Source: Azolla caroliniana (taxonomy: Eukaryota; Plantae; Polypodiophyta). From it: a stretch of 64,000 bases of DNA. Positions 63,896 through 64,000 of this stretch are shown here, piece after piece. The stretch covers positions 1,116,001-1,180,000 of the forward strand of contig JBHGNT010000004.1 of NCBI GenBank assembly GCA_043228905.1, in the 5' to 3' direction. The notes beneath the pieces were generated by a model. That model had not been told where the DNA came from. It did no database searches and saw only the letters and a program-made list of their open reading frames with translations. Position 1 is the first letter of the stretch, and every line of letters begins with the position of its first letter. Position numbers and translations under genes: made by a program.

Positions 63896-64000
63896 GTAAT
63901 TTCATTACAACTATTTTCTTCAAGAGCATATTCATACCTATATCATCTAGATAGTGAATGTCTCAACATAAAGTTTAGCTCATGCTAACTCCTATATTTT

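Overview
Eukaryotic, AT-rich land-plant nuclear DNA with spliceosomal GT-AG introns, microsatellites and many transposon remnants. The gene style suggests a seed-free plant such as a fern, which is an inference only. Genes in order: 3' part of a HUA2/HULK-like gene (+), chlorophyllide a oxygenase CAO (+, 8 exons), two identical tRNA-Leu(AAG) genes, a PLS-E class PPR gene (-), TOM20 (+, 6 coding exons), RGP/UDP-arabinopyranose mutase (+, 4 coding exons) and a tandem pair of subfamily XI-like LRR receptor kinases (+, the second running off the window). The most structured non-gene region is 22.4-27.3 kb. It is a small tRNA-Ala-primed LTR element with a 4-bp TSD; its 5' LTR carries an hAT-type element that itself holds a LINE fragment, and its 3' LTR start carries a deleted Copia flanked by an anomalous 25-bp duplication. 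Other oddities include a tRNA copy with no nearby Pol III terminator, a frameshifted PPR E+ tail, a copy of the RGP DxD exon end inside intron 1, and a strong hairpin upstream of CAO. I found no clearly new multi-gene system. Exon boundaries were read by hand from splice signals and frame continuity and are not transcript-verified.
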